A stretch of 63,017 nt of DNA, counting the filler, from Octopus bimaculoides (taxonomy: Eukaryota): NCBI RefSeq assembly GCF_001194135.2. It is 6 parts of 6 records of this genome, joined end to end, with 100 filler letters (N's around TTAATTAATTAA, not from the genome) between each part and the next. Parts side by side here need not be neighbours in the genome. Positions count along the whole stretch, not along the records: positions 1 to 11,093 come from NC_068987.1; positions 11,194 to 31,544 come from NC_069002.1; 4 more parts are not named here. One strand, written 5' to 3'. The notes beneath the pieces were generated by a model. That model saw only the letters and a list, made by a program, of their open reading frames with translations, made no database searches and had not been told where the DNA came from. Each line of letters opens with the position of its first letter. Within the stretch, counting starts at the first letter, position 1. Positions 1 to 12,201 of this stretch are shown here, in pieces. The translations under genes and the position numbers were made by a program.

Positions 1-48
<48 letters not shown>
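1..48. repeat. (TG)n microsatellite
   Basis: Directly visible perfect TG run. Confidence 0.99.
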
Positions 49-53
<5 letters not shown>

Positions 54-104
54 CATCAAAAAATTAGATTCAGGTGAATATGGTACTTAAGTTTAGGTTT
101 TCTC

Positions 105-403
105 TGTTTGACAATGCATTCTTATCTTTATCCACCTATGTTCAGTTTCATTCGTTTTTTTGTGTATAGTGCTTTATCTTTGCCATCTTTCATCCTACAC
201 TAGCCTGACCGTCTAACTTCTAATAACAGCGGTTGTGTGGCATTTTTTACATACCGTTCTATGTTGTTTTCTTCTTCTCTAATGCTATGTTCGCATCCAG
301 TAATTCCTCTTTCCCCTCTTTTTCTTGATACATACAGTGTATCTGTGTCACTTATTGGGTGGAGTGACCCATATCTAGTTAGCAATTTCCTTGTCTTTCT
401 GTC

Positions 404-404
<1 letters not shown>
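105..404 (-). mobile_element. R4/Dong-like RLE non-LTR retrotransposon fragment (post-RT region)
   Basis: Minus-strand translation DRKTRKLLTRYGSLHPISDTDTLYVSRKRGERG matches the DRKTRK-x-HPxSDxDRLYxxRxxGGRGL motif of R4-type elements; a W-x4-MHxQ motif follows near 110-140. The 5' junction abuts (TAA)n. Confidence 0.8.
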
Positions 405-470
<66 letters not shown>

Positions 471-476
471 GTTATT

Positions 477-511
<35 letters not shown>

Positions 512-541
512 CATTATTATTTTTATTATTATTATTATTAA
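405..541. repeat. (ATT)n/(TAA)n microsatellite
   Basis: Directly visible. Confidence 0.99.
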
Positions 542-1083
542 TTGGGCGAGTAGTGCATGCCATCAAAGTGACACTGGGGTAAAGTATGCGAAGCCCATAA
601 TACCCATCATGACCCCTCGTCTGAGAAGGGTACACCAGCAGATGCATCACAAACGTATGTGCGCGACATGATGATCTCATATCGAGACTAACAGCTGATG
701 ACCACGGAAGTTGGGCTCAGTTAGAATTTTGTTGAGGTCGAGTAGCCCATCCAACTCAAAAGGTTACTGAATAAGGGTTGTTTAAGGATGTTGACCGAAA
801 CACCTGTTTCCAGTGGTGAATTATCCAAACCCGAAAGAATTTCTCTCAGCACATGGCTATGAAGCGCTCTCCCATTACGTCTGCTCGTGATCAGAGATGC
901 TCATATGATCAGCCACTAAAGGACATGCTCAGCTGGTTAAGTTGAAACAATTGACAAGCAAATCTGTGGTATTGAGCAGACTATTTGCTGTAGCCCATCT
1001 TTTATACCAAGACAAAACAACGTACATGATAACACTTCCAATCAGTCGAGAAGCGAAGCCATGGGAACTACTGCCTGGTACTG
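542..1083. mobile_element. Non-coding ~540-bp interspersed repeat (family D), copy 1, embedded in trinucleotide tracts
   Basis: Colinear homology with 24180-24712 and part-homology with 35375-35505 (e.g. catgataacacttccaatcagt, tgatcagagatgc, gagtagcccatcc). Flanked both sides by ATT/GTT-type repeats. Confidence 0.85.
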
Positions 1084-1106
1084 CTGTTGTTATTGTTGTT
1101 GTTGTT

Positions 1107-1138
<32 letters not shown>

Positions 1139-1202
1139 TACCATCATCATCACTGTTATTATTATTATTATTTTTATTATTATTATTATTTTTATTATTA
1201 TT

Positions 1203-1241
<39 letters not shown>

Positions 1242-1246
1242 ATTAT
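1084..1246. repeat. Compound (GTT)n(ATC)n(ATT)n microsatellite
   Basis: Directly visible. Confidence 0.95.
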
Positions 1247-1914
1247 TTCAATGCTGATGATAGTGGATTCGATGGCGACAATTGATGCAAATGGTGTTGA
1301 CATGAATGGTGTTGTGGATTTTCATATAATAAGCAAGATAGAATACAATTTACGAATAGCTGAGGCGTAAATACGACAGAGGATAGCGATATCGCATGCT
1401 CTACTTTGGATTAGCTGCGTATTAAAGCATCACGCTAATTCCTCTTGTAATCGTATAACAGGGCTCGAATTAATCTGTTCAGTTCTGATATGAGCAGAAA
1501 TTTATTGATTAAAATGAAATAAAACATGTCATATGCAATGAAAACCTGAACTTAAAAGTGCTCTTTTTTTATTAAGATATGCCCTCAGCAAGATAAACTT
1601 TTCGAGAGATTCTTCGAGCAATCTGTATAATTAGAGCTGAAAACACTGTTGATAACATTATCCTTTACCAGTTCTCTACATTTGCTAGCAACGATCTTTT
1701 CCTGTCTTGTAACATTAAATCTTCTTTAATTCATTTTTATAATGCACAAACATCGTTTTAAATATGAAGAGCCAGGCACAGTCAACAAAACTGGTAAGAA
1801 AAACACTCAAGTATAAGTCATATCTAAAAATGCATTACCATTTTTATGAAGAGGAATATATTAGGAAACCACAGGCCTGACATTTCAAACTAATGTCACT
1901 TAACAAGAAAGTTA

Positions 1915-2262
1915 GGGAGCCACGTGTATTGTAGCATGGCACTGGTACTCCATCGGTTACGACGACGAGGGTTCCAGTTGATCAGATGAACAGAAGAGCC
2001 TGCTCAATAAATTAACGTGCACGTGGCTGAGCACTCCATAGACGCTTGTATCCTTAACATAGCTGAACATAACACAGAGGGTAACATGGCTGAACCTTTG
2101 AAATAGGGGACTACTCTCCTTTTTTTCTTTTTTCTAGCCGAGTGGACAGAAGCAACGTGAGATCAAGTGTCTTACTGGATAAAACGCGTTGCCTGGAATT
2201 GAACTCATGACCATGTGACCGCAAGCCGATTACCCTAAACACTAAGCCATGTGCCTCTTGCA
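1915..2262 (-). mobile_element. tRNA-derived SINE
   Basis: Reverse complement begins gaggcacatggcttagtgtttagg (A box) ... gagttcaattcc (B box) ... agtaagacacttgatctcacgttgctt. The head is shared with 58831 and 50930. Confidence 0.7.
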
Positions 2263-2408
2263 CTGTATTATAAATCGAGTCTAATGTGATGTTAGTAATG
2301 GAAGGTCCTTGTAGGTTCATTTAGTTGATTTATACTCTAATTTCATCCCTTAACACTGTTCATACAAACACACATATAGGTATACGTATGGATATATATG
2401 CATGATTC

Positions 2409-2444
<36 letters not shown>

Positions 2445-3149
2445 CTTACATATAAGAGACAACTTGTACGTACGCCGCTATATATNNNNNNNNNNNNNNN
2501 NNNNNNNNNNNNNNNNNNNNNNNNNNNNNNNNNNNNNNNNNNNNNNNNNNNNNNNNNNNNNNNNNNNNNNNNNNNNNNNNNNNNNNNNNNNNNNNNNNNN
2601 NNNNNNNNNNNNNNNNNNNNNNNNNNNNNNNNNNNNNNNNNNNNNNNNNNNNNNNNNNNNNNNNNNNNNNNNNNNNNNNNNNNNNNNNNNNNNNNNNNNN
2701 NNNNNNNNNNNNNNNNNNNNNNNNNNNNNNNNNNNNNNNNNNNNNNNNNNNNNNNNNNNNNNNNNNNNNNNNNNNNNNNNNNNNNNNNNNNNNNNNNNNN
2801 NNNNNNNNNNNNNNNNNNNNNNNNNNNNNNNNNNNNNNNNNNNNNNNNNNNNNNNNNNNNNNNNNNNNNNNNNNNNNNNNNNNNNNNNNNNNNNNNNNNN
2901 NNNNNNNNNNNNNNNNNNNNNNNNNNNNNNNNNNNNNNNNNNNNNNNNNNNNNNNNNNNNNNNNNNNNNNNNNNNNNNNNNNNNNNNNNNNNNNNNNNNN
3001 NNNNNNNNNNNNNNNNNNNNNNNNNNNNNNNNNNNNNNNNNNNNNNNNNNNNNNNNNNNNNNNNNTATATATATGTATGTATGTATGTATGTATAAATAA
3101 TACAAAATGGGACAAGGACGCAAAACGTCCAGACAGTTATATATATATT

Positions 3150-3845
3150 GAAGGAACTAGATTTTTAACTTGTATGTAAATGTGAACATTTGTATATGCT
3201 CTGTGGATACGTTGTGTTCGCATTGTATGTATAAATCTTTATAATTATGTACTTTTGATTGTCATACTAAACCAGAAATCGATTAACGTATTCAAAAACT
3301 CCTGGTTTTTCATTCCCTCGCTGTCAGTGCGTTTCTATGTGATTGATAAAGTAGTTTAGAGCCACTTGGCGTCTTTATCTAGCATGTAGCATTACTCGCT
3401 TTTTGCCCTTATTGTAATTTTATAATTATACTTATAAAATTATATTATTTTACCTGAATTGATTTTTACATGCTAGCTACTTGATATAATCCTATATATT
3501 TTTCTATCCTTGATTTCAATTGATAAATATAAATTCACTTAAACCAAACTTTATTCACTACTGAATCATTTTGGTTATTCACACGCCACTGAGATGAACG
3601 AACTAGACTTTTCACTTGTATATAAATGTGAACATTTGTATACACACTGTGGATACGTTGATTTCATATGTTATGTACAGGTGTTTTTAATGATGTACAT
3701 TTTTGTTCATTTCCTCGCTTTCAGCGCGTATCTATGTGCTAGACAATGTAGTTTAAGGCCACGTGGCGTCTTCTTCCAGCATGTGACATTTCTTGGGAGT
3801 TGCACTTAATGTAATTTTATAATTATATCTGTAAAATTTTATATT
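3150..3845. repeat. Diverged direct repeat, two units about 445 bp apart
   Basis: 3150-3450 and 3597-3845 share colinear blocks (taaatgtgaacatttgtata, ctgtggatacgttg, gccac-tggcgtc, tgtaattttataattata). Confidence 0.8.
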
Positions 3846-3858
3846 TTGTATGTGTGTG

Positions 3859-3864
<6 letters not shown>

Positions 3865-3932
<68 letters not shown>
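3865..3932. repeat. (TG)n microsatellite
   Basis: Directly visible. Confidence 0.98.
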
Positions 3933-3934
<2 letters not shown>

Positions 3935-4690
3935 CGATAGTGTGAGTGTAAGTTAAAATTTAAATGTAGTTCGTGTCTTCCAGGTTTACCACAATTACCA
4001 GTTCTGAAATTTATACTTTCATGAATGCAAGGAGGCCTTTAGGGATTTTGAAGACATTGTTTAAATCAACCTAACCAGGAAAAGTATTTGTTGCAGCTCT
4101 ATGCTTGCTTTATGGGGCGGACGTCAGTGTGATTCTTAAGAAACCTTTCGAAGGAAAATAGGTCTAAATAATTGTATTTTAGCTATCTGGGTTTGTACAT
4201 GCTTCTCTGTTTATAAGACTCTTACCACACTCGCTGCCTCTCACGCTCGATTGCTTGCACTCTTTATATATCTATCTCTCTATATTTCTTTATGATTTTC
4301 TTTATATTGTTTTGCATCTTCTCTGCATTTTTTCAGTGTTTTTCACATTATGATATACTTATCATTTTCTTTTCATCTTACCTACTTTTCACATATTGTT
4401 CTAAATATTTTTTTCTCTTCTTGTCGTTACATTTCTGATTTCAGTCTACTTATTTAAATGCTTGAATAGTTGTCTCACACTTTTGGAAAATTACTACTTT
4501 TATTTCTGTGCATAATCCTAAACATCTTTTCAAGCGTTAAATATTTTAAATGTAGCATCTTACTTTATAATCAGCGATATCTTAGATTCTCAGTCATAAT
4601 TTTTGAGATATTATAGCTATATAAATGTATAATAGTAATTCTTAGTTCGACCGAAACAATGGCTATATATATATATATATNNNNNNNNNN

Positions 4691-5072
4691 TACTCTTTTA
4701 TTTCTTTCAGTCATTTGACTGCGGCCATGCTGGAGCACTACCTTTAGTCGAGCACATAGACCCCAGGACTTATTCTTTGGAAGCCTAGTACTTATTCTAT
4801 CGCTAGGTTACGGGGACGTAAACACACCACCATCGGTTGTCAAGCGATGCTGGGGGGGGGACAAGCACAGACACACAAACATATACACACTCATACATAC
4901 ATATATACATATGTACGACGGGCTTCTTTCAGTTTCCGTCTAGCAAGTCCACTCACAAGGCTTTGCCGGCCCGAGGCTATAGTAGAAGACACTTGCCCAA
5001 GGTGCCACGCAGTGGGACTGAACGCGGAACCATGTGGTTGGTAAGCAAGCTACTTACCACGCAGCCACTCCT
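4691..5072 (-). mobile_element. tRNA-derived SINE family A, near full length, with internal (CA)/(TA) microsatellite
   Basis: Reverse complement starts aggagtggctgcgtgg (A box) ... gttcagtccc (B box) ... ccttgggcaagtgtctt and ends gcatggccgcagtcaaatgactgaaag. Many copies in the window. Confidence 0.9.
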
Positions 5073-5081
5073 ATATATATA

Positions 5082-5112
<31 letters not shown>

Positions 5113-5403
5113 TTATACATAAATATACATATCCCTATATATATAAGCATACGTACATATATGTATGGGTGTGTGTTCGTCCGTATGTGTGTATATGATT
5201 ATGTGCGTAAGCGTAGTTATAATGGTTATTTTTTCCAAACTTCTATAGATAAAAACAAAATACAAGTATAAATGCCAGACGTCTTCATGTTAGCTAGGTA
5301 ACATTTTTTAGACAAAATAGTTTTACTATAAATAGTTTACATGATTGATAACAGCTACAAGACAACTTTCACAAATTCAAAATGTCTATTTACTTTGCAC
5401 TCA

Positions 5404-5404
5404 T

Positions 5405-5466
<62 letters not shown>

Positions 5467-5485
5467 ATACTACTACTACTACTAC

Positions 5486-5528
<43 letters not shown>

Positions 5529-5529
5529 G
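5404..5529. repeat. Compound (CTA)n(TTA)n microsatellite
   Basis: Directly visible. Confidence 0.98.
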
Positions 5530-5887
5530 ATGTTGATATTTCTTCCGTAACAAAAGAATTAACATATTTATCATATAAATGCAAAACTACAAAATATGCA
5601 TATTGTGACGTCAATTGATAAGAGACGAGAGAAAGGATATTAAACAGTGTGGTGTTTTGCATATCGAGACAATAGACAACAGATCCTTCTGATTATTGTT
5701 TATTACGTGTTTTTTTTTTTTTTTTTCGTCATGAATCGTATTACAAAGACTTCAATAGATTTAATTTTCCTCAGGCTTTTGAAACGTGAAGATATAAGGT
5801 TTAGAAAAGTTTTTCCTCTCTGTTGCCTCCTAGCAACACTCTATGTGGTGGAATTCATTGAATAGTTTACAGTTATGTTAACTAAAT

Positions 5888-5924
<37 letters not shown>

Positions 5925-6827
5925 ACACACACATACACACACACACACACGCAAACACACACTCTCTCTCTCTCTCTCTCTCTCTCTCATACACACACTT
6001 ACGCACTCATAGACATACATGCATATACAAGATGCTCACATGTATTTCTATGTGTATGTGTACGTTTCTACATAATTTGTATACACGCACAAATAAACAA
6101 ACTTATATGAAATGTTAATTTTTAAAAAAGCCCAAACTAAATTCCAGAGGGTTATATTTAGGTGCACATTCTTAATCTGAAAGGGACATTAATCTTGGCT
6201 GCAAATCTTCTTGAGATGATATTCATATCTCAGTTCTCACAGTTCTGTACATCAGGTGAACTGATCTAAAGGATAATATAAGTATCGAAAAGAGTAACTA
6301 ACATACGAGTACGAATGAACTATATTTTCCTGCAGGCCATCTTATCTACATAAACATGCAATTGTTAAACAATTTAAAATCGTCTAATTTCCGATGCTGA
6401 GTGGGAGAAAAGTACTAAATCATTGTAATTAGCACTCAGTGGTGGATTGAAAGGTTACATAATAATAATTATTCGTGAATATTATATCGTTTCCTACCAG
6501 GGTTTGATGTTTAACCAATAGGTTATTACATGCTATTTTGCATAATGACATTGTTTTATTATTGTTTATGATGCTTTATAAGACAATCATCCATGAGGGT
6601 ACATTGCGTGTCCAATAAACAGTTAAGGAAAGTAAGGTAAAATAGGGAAGCGTTGACTGCTCAACAGACATAAAAGAGTTTTATTCACAGCTGTATTTTA
6701 AGTCCAATTTCATCTCTATAAAACTGGGAAACTTTCTATCCCGACATAAATATCATACCATGGTACAGGTATACATACATACATACATACATACATAAAT
6801 ACATATATATATATATATTTATATATA

Positions 6828-6867
<40 letters not shown>

Positions 6868-7734
6868 GTATTGCTTGGATATTAATTTCCCCTTACAGGG
6901 ATGTTAGCATCCAGATTCCCGGAAACAATTGTAGGTTATAAGAAATTGATGTTGCTTGAAATTGGATTTGTATTAATAAATTGATGTCTACCTGTCCATT
7001 TCGGCATTTTCTTTTCTTTTCTTACACACATACAGACACACACATATATTATATATATGTGTGTGGATATGTGTATATTGCATATATATATATATGACAC
7101 AAGGATTGATATATATATATATATATCATATATTATTAGATGGATAGATATAATGATAGATACATTCATACATAGGTACGTGCGTACATAAATACACGCA
7201 TAGAAGTATATTGATATGTACTTGCATGTGTGTTTGCAAACACGTATAAGTCTGTACGTGTTTCTATTTCATTCTAGAAAATATATTTAGATGTAGTTCC
7301 ATAATGTGATCATAATTGCTACCAAGTCACGTATAAGATTTTGAATAATTTCACAACCAAACCTCCAGTTTTGTTTTCACTCTCCTCTCTGTCTGTCTGT
7401 CTCTCTCTCTGTACGAACACATACACGCATACTCACAGAGACAGATATAATATATATNNNNNNNNNNNNNNNNNNNNNNNNNNNNNNNNNNNNNNNNNNN
7501 NNNNNNNNNNNNNNNNNNNNNNNNNNNNNNNNNNNNNNNNNNNNNNNNNNNNNNNNNNNNNNNNNNNNNNNNNNNNNNNNNNNNNNNNNNNNNNNNNNNN
7601 NNNNNNNNNNNNNNNNNNNNNNNNNNNNNNNNNNNNNNNNNNNNNNNNNNNNNNNNNNNNNNNNNNNNNNNNNNNNNNNNNNNNNNNNNNNNNNNNNNNN
7701 NNNNNNNNNNTATATATATATATATATATATATT

Positions 7735-7937
7735 CGCCGTGATAGATCGTTAACCACTACACACATTCTTTTCTCTCCTGTTTTTTCTCTCATTGTTTCT
7801 TTCTGTGTTCCTTTCTCTGGAAGAGCGTAGGCTCGAAACGTTAAGGACTTTTTCAATTCCCGAGCGTTATACTAATACATCTATTTGTTTTCTACACCTC
7901 CTGTCTCCGTCTGTTGTTTTTTGTGAATACTCCCTAT
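7735..7937 (+). mobile_element. ~200-bp repeat with a degenerate minimal hammerhead-like motif (probable PLE pLTR)
   Basis: Homologous to 31150-31353 (gaagagcgtag-ctcgaaacgt, cccgagcgt-atactaata, cacc-cctgtc-cgtctgttgtt). The core here is degenerate (CUCUGGA). Confidence 0.7.
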
Positions 7938-7939
7938 AT

Positions 7940-7995
<56 letters not shown>

Positions 7996-7996
7996 T

Positions 7997-8033
<37 letters not shown>

Positions 8034-8275
8034 GTGTGTGTGTGTGTGTGCGTGTGAGATGTATTGGTAACTAGAATACCCAGAGAATAGCAGGTAACGC
8101 TAAGTAGGTGCTATGGACAAACCGTTGTTAAACTCTTTGTTCGATAGTGATACGAGAGAGGAGACTGATGTGGGTCTTGTATTAGCATACACATATATAT
8201 TAGACAAAATGAGACAACAAAGCCAAGGCTGTGAGCAGGTTTCAGCACATTTATAAGGAAAAAGATATAGATATA

Positions 8276-8323
8276 GTCTTACAGCTGTTTCTGGGATATT
8301 ATGGATATCCGTTCATCAGAGAC
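8276..8323 (-). ncRNA. Type I minimal hammerhead ribozyme candidate
   Basis: GUCU-CUGAUGA-AC-GGAUAU-CCAUA-AUAUCC-CA-GAAAC-AGCUGU-A-AGAC. Intact core, 4-bp stem I, 6-bp stem II, palindromic stem III (ACAGCUGU), GUA cleavage triplet. Confidence 0.75.
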
Positions 8324-8639
8324 GAAATAGAAGTAAATATGGTTCCAATAGTACTTCATGTTTACTATTGGACTATTATTGGAACTTATATGCCATGTAC
8401 AGGAAACATTTTTTACCACTTTTGTACACCACTTTCCTCGAATACTGGAACTGCAACTACAGTACCTTTATATATCTTATATTATTTTGTATTTTATTTC
8501 TACTTTCATTCTCTTATTTCCCTCTATATTCCCTATCACCTCCTTTTCCATAATAATTACTTATTTCGAACCGAAATATTTACTTATATTTACTTATCAA
8601 TTAACTTTACAAATATTTACTTTTTAATCATCTCACATC

Positions 8640-8687
8640 GTCCCTGATGAAGGGATATCAATAATATCCCCGAAACAGCTGTAACAC
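8640..8687 (+). ncRNA. Type I minimal hammerhead ribozyme candidate (weak stem I)
   Basis: GUCC-CUGAUGA-A-GGGAUAU-CAAUA-AUAUCCC-C-GAAAC-AGCUGU-A-ACAC. Intact core and 7-bp stem II, but stem I is mismatched. Confidence 0.6.
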
Positions 8688-8779
8688 TATAATCTCTATA
8701 TTTTTCCTTATAAATGTCCTGAAAACTACTCACAACCTTGGATTTGTTATCTCATTTTGTCTAATACATTCACGCAGTC

Positions 8780-8832
8780 TTACATACATGTGTGTGTGTG
8801 TGTGTTAGTGCGTGTGCGTGTGTGTGTGTATG

Positions 8833-8915
<83 letters not shown>
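8780..8915. repeat. (TG)n(TA)n compound microsatellite
   Basis: Directly visible. Confidence 0.97.
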
Positions 8916-8920
<5 letters not shown>

Positions 8921-9481
8921 CATATCTAATATATGAAATAAAGATGTGTATGTATTCGCTTTTCACGCGAAAACGGCTTCACCAATTACTTCCATACTTG
9001 TGATGCATGTATAATTTGACTTCGGACACATGTTAGGCTCTTCATTTGATTTTTTTAACTAAAAATAAATAATATTTCATTTTATATATGTTTCCCTCCT
9101 TTAAAAAGGCTTCTTAATGTCAACGTCCGGTATCGACGTAGCAACGGTGAAGGTTTCCATCATTTCAAGTTTTAATTCGCAATTTGCCAACAATTACAAA
9201 AATTACCGAAATAAATATTTAAATATTCCGTACAAGATAGCTTTTAACGGACTCTCATTTATACGATTGATTCATTTTTTGTTTATTTCATTCATTTTTT
9301 ACAGTTTTATTTCTTCCCCTCTCTCTCTCTCATACGCACATACACAGAAGTCAGTCACACACACACACACACGTGAGGTTTTGTGTGTACGCTTGTATAC
9401 ATTTATGTATGTGTGTTTGTGTGTGTGTGCGTGAAGGAGAGAGAGATAGAAAGAGAGAAAGTAATGTTTAAGTAGCACTAA

Positions 9482-9525
<44 letters not shown>

Positions 9526-9879
9526 GACACACAGACGCACATATACATACAATTAAGTTGCATGCATATTTATTTATGTTTGCACGTATACATGACAACT
9601 CACACCTTCTCTCTCTCTCTTTATTTCATCTGATGTTTGATACTGTTTGTGTATGGGTGCGTGTGTGGGGCATTCCACAATCACCGTTTATTTCTATCAC
9701 TCTTATGAAGATGTACACGTAACTGATTTTTTCAGTTAATCCCCATTTTCATTCTCAAACTCGAAAAAGTTCCCCAGAACAATGTTCTTACTCTCTACAA
9801 GACGCTTCGGGGTAGATGTAGATGATCGGTATTCATCATTGAAGCAAAGCCGAGTTCAGGTAGCCAGAGTCAACTGTAT

Positions 9880-10868
9880 TAAGTATGTTTGCAAATATAC
9901 TAACAAAGGTTAAGATGCTGCAACAGTCACTCTTATACAGAATGGCAGTCAATAGATTAATAAAAACGACAAGGATGGACAGTATGGCAAAGGAAGATCC
10001 ATGAGTACCAATGAGGCTTTTTGGTGCATATTTAATCCTCCCATTCATGAGAGGCACCCAGCCATTATTCATTTAAGTGTTCATCTAGGGAATAGCCACA
10101 CGGTTATCTTTACAAAACAAACAGCCATCCAAAAGAAACTACCCTTACTGCATTTTTTAAGTTGTGTCAAGTAGATGAAGATGCAAGAAAACTCCTTTCC
10201 TCACAACTCCCACCTGGAGAAACAATACATTACACAAGAGGAAACAGGCTTGCGCTCTTGGAAGAGTTTACAATGCCCCCACCATCAAGATCCAAGCGGA
10301 ATACTACTACTTAGAAGTCCGTTTGCATGAAGTACGTGGTCCCAAATCATTCCATGATTTGAGGAGGATAAATGGTCATGTGTGTGAAACGTCTAGGGAA
10401 GAATGTTATCAACAAGGTTTTTTTTGTTTTTCTTAGAAAATGCTGAACATTAGAACCCAGCATTGATTGAAGTATCAGTATCAGATTCTCCAAGGGAACT
10501 CCGTAACATTTTTGCTATTATACCGAACGTGTGTAAACTTCGCAGTCCCCTATAGCCTTGGATGAAACATCGTAAGGGCATGGCTGAGGACTTAAAGTAT
10601 GCAGTTCAACAGGCAAACCCAGATATCAAAATCTAGTTCTCTGAAACAATTTTTAACCAAGCACAGATTGAAATTGCCACGAGAGACAAAAGTTTGCAAG
10701 AGTCTTGTTCTCGACTGCCAAAAACAAACTATCAAAGTAGTGATTTAACTTCAAGAGACATAGCAAGAGAAACAAATTATGACATCACCGACTTGGCTGT
10801 ATTTGTGAATGATTATGAACCTAAGATTCATCCAAAACGACGCTGTGGGTATGATAAAATGTTTCGTG

Positions 10869-10952
<84 letters not shown>

Positions 10953-11093
10953 CATTATTATTTTGTTTTGTAAATTGATTTCCCAACTGAAGAATAAATT
11001 GAATTTAGAATAACAAATTTCACTATAATATATTTTGCTTTTATCTTCCAATATATAAGGAACAATTTCATTCCTGGGGCAACGCCGGATACC
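9880..11093 (+). mobile_element. Helitron Rep/Hel pseudogene fragment plus probable 3' terminal hairpin
   Basis: Degenerate translation VNCIKYVCKYTNKG ... GRSMSTNEAFW-IF--PIHERHPAIIHLSVHL ... LTAFFKLC ... LGRVY ... VRGPKSFHDLRRING ... RETNYD matches the Helitron Rep-helicase linker. GC-rich cctggggcaacgccgg at 11073-11088 resembles a Helitron 3' hairpin; CTRR would lie in the gap. Confidence 0.8.
10868..10965. repeat. (ATT)n microsatellite
   Basis: Directly visible. Confidence 0.98.
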
Positions 11094-11137
11094 NNNNNNN
11101 NNNNNNNNNNNNNNNNNNNNNNNNNNNNNNNNNNNNN

Positions 11138-11149
11138 TTAATTAATTAA
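11138..11149. other. Assembly spacer TTAATTAATTAA inside a 100-bp gap (also 31589-31600, 47713-47724, 51267-51278, 61393-61404)
   Basis: The identical 44N-TTAATTAATTAA-44N pattern occurs five times; the spacer is a palindrome with stops in all six frames. Confidence 0.95.
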
Positions 11150-11249
11150 NNNNNNNNNNNNNNNNNNNNNNNNNNNNNNNNNNNNNNNNNNNNTATATAA
11201 AAATATGTTAAAAAAACGTTATATTAAAATATATTATAAAATTATATAT

Positions 11250-11529
11250 ACATAAAACATTTTTTTAATCTATACACATACAAACCGCCATACACACACA
11301 CATATGCATACATACATATATACATATATATACATGTACATATACATATACAAACACACATATATACATACATACACACATATATGCATATATACATATA
11401 TATACATATATATACATATATACACACACATACAAAACATCACACACACACATATACACTCATACACACATATATACATATATATACACATATACATACA
11501 TAAACATACATATATGTACATATACATAC

Positions 11530-11568
<39 letters not shown>

Positions 11569-11721
11569 TACATATACATACATATGTATATACATACACA
11601 CACATATATACGTACATACGTATATATATATATACACATATATATATATATATAAACACATACAAAGCATTACCCACACTCATACACACACACACATTTA
11701 TATATATATATATATATATAT
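11250..11721. repeat. Degenerate (CA)/(TA)/(CATA) low-complexity tract
   Basis: Directly visible. Confidence 0.95.
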
Positions 11722-12201
11722 NNNNNNNNNNNNNNNNNNNNNNNNNNNNNNNNNNNNNNNNNNNNNNNNNNNNNNNNNNNNNNNNNNNNNNNNNNNNNNN
11801 NNNNNNNNNNNNNNNNNNNNNNNNNNNNNNNNNNNNNNNNNNNNNNNNNNNNNNNNNNNNNNNNNNNNNNNNNNNNNNNNNNNNNNNNNNNNNNNNNNNN
11901 NNNNNNNNNNNNNNNNNNNNNNNNNNNNNNNNNNNNNNNNNNNNNNNNNNNNNNNNNNNNNNNNNNNNNNNNNNNNNNNNNNNNNNNNNNNNNNNNNNNN
12001 NNNNNNNNNNNNNNNNNNNNNNNNNNNNNNNNNNNNNNNNNNNNNNNNNNNNNNNNNNNNNNNNNNNNNNNNNNNNNNNNNNNNNNNNNNNNNNNNNNNN
12101 NNNNNNNNNNNNNNNNNNNNNNNNNNNNNNNNNNNNNNNNNNNNNNNNNNNNNNNNNNNNNNNNNNNNNNNNNNNNNNNNNNNNNNNNNNNNNNNNNNNN
12201 N

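Larger units (their letters stand above)
8199..8765. mobile_element. Inverted-repeat element: ~127-bp arms, each with a hammerhead motif, around a ~310-bp spacer
   Basis: The reverse complement of 8199-8325 aligns with 8638-8765 (ctgatgaa-ggatat-ataatatccc-gaaacagctgtaa-ac ... ttttccttataaatgt ... ccttgg-tttgtt-tctcattttgtctaat). Confidence 0.88.

Noticed and set aside
683-810. CTGATGA...GAAAC in family D as a hammerhead
   Set aside because: Stem II cannot close (C opposite C), the spacing is about 110 nt, and the core is absent from the 24.3-kb copy.
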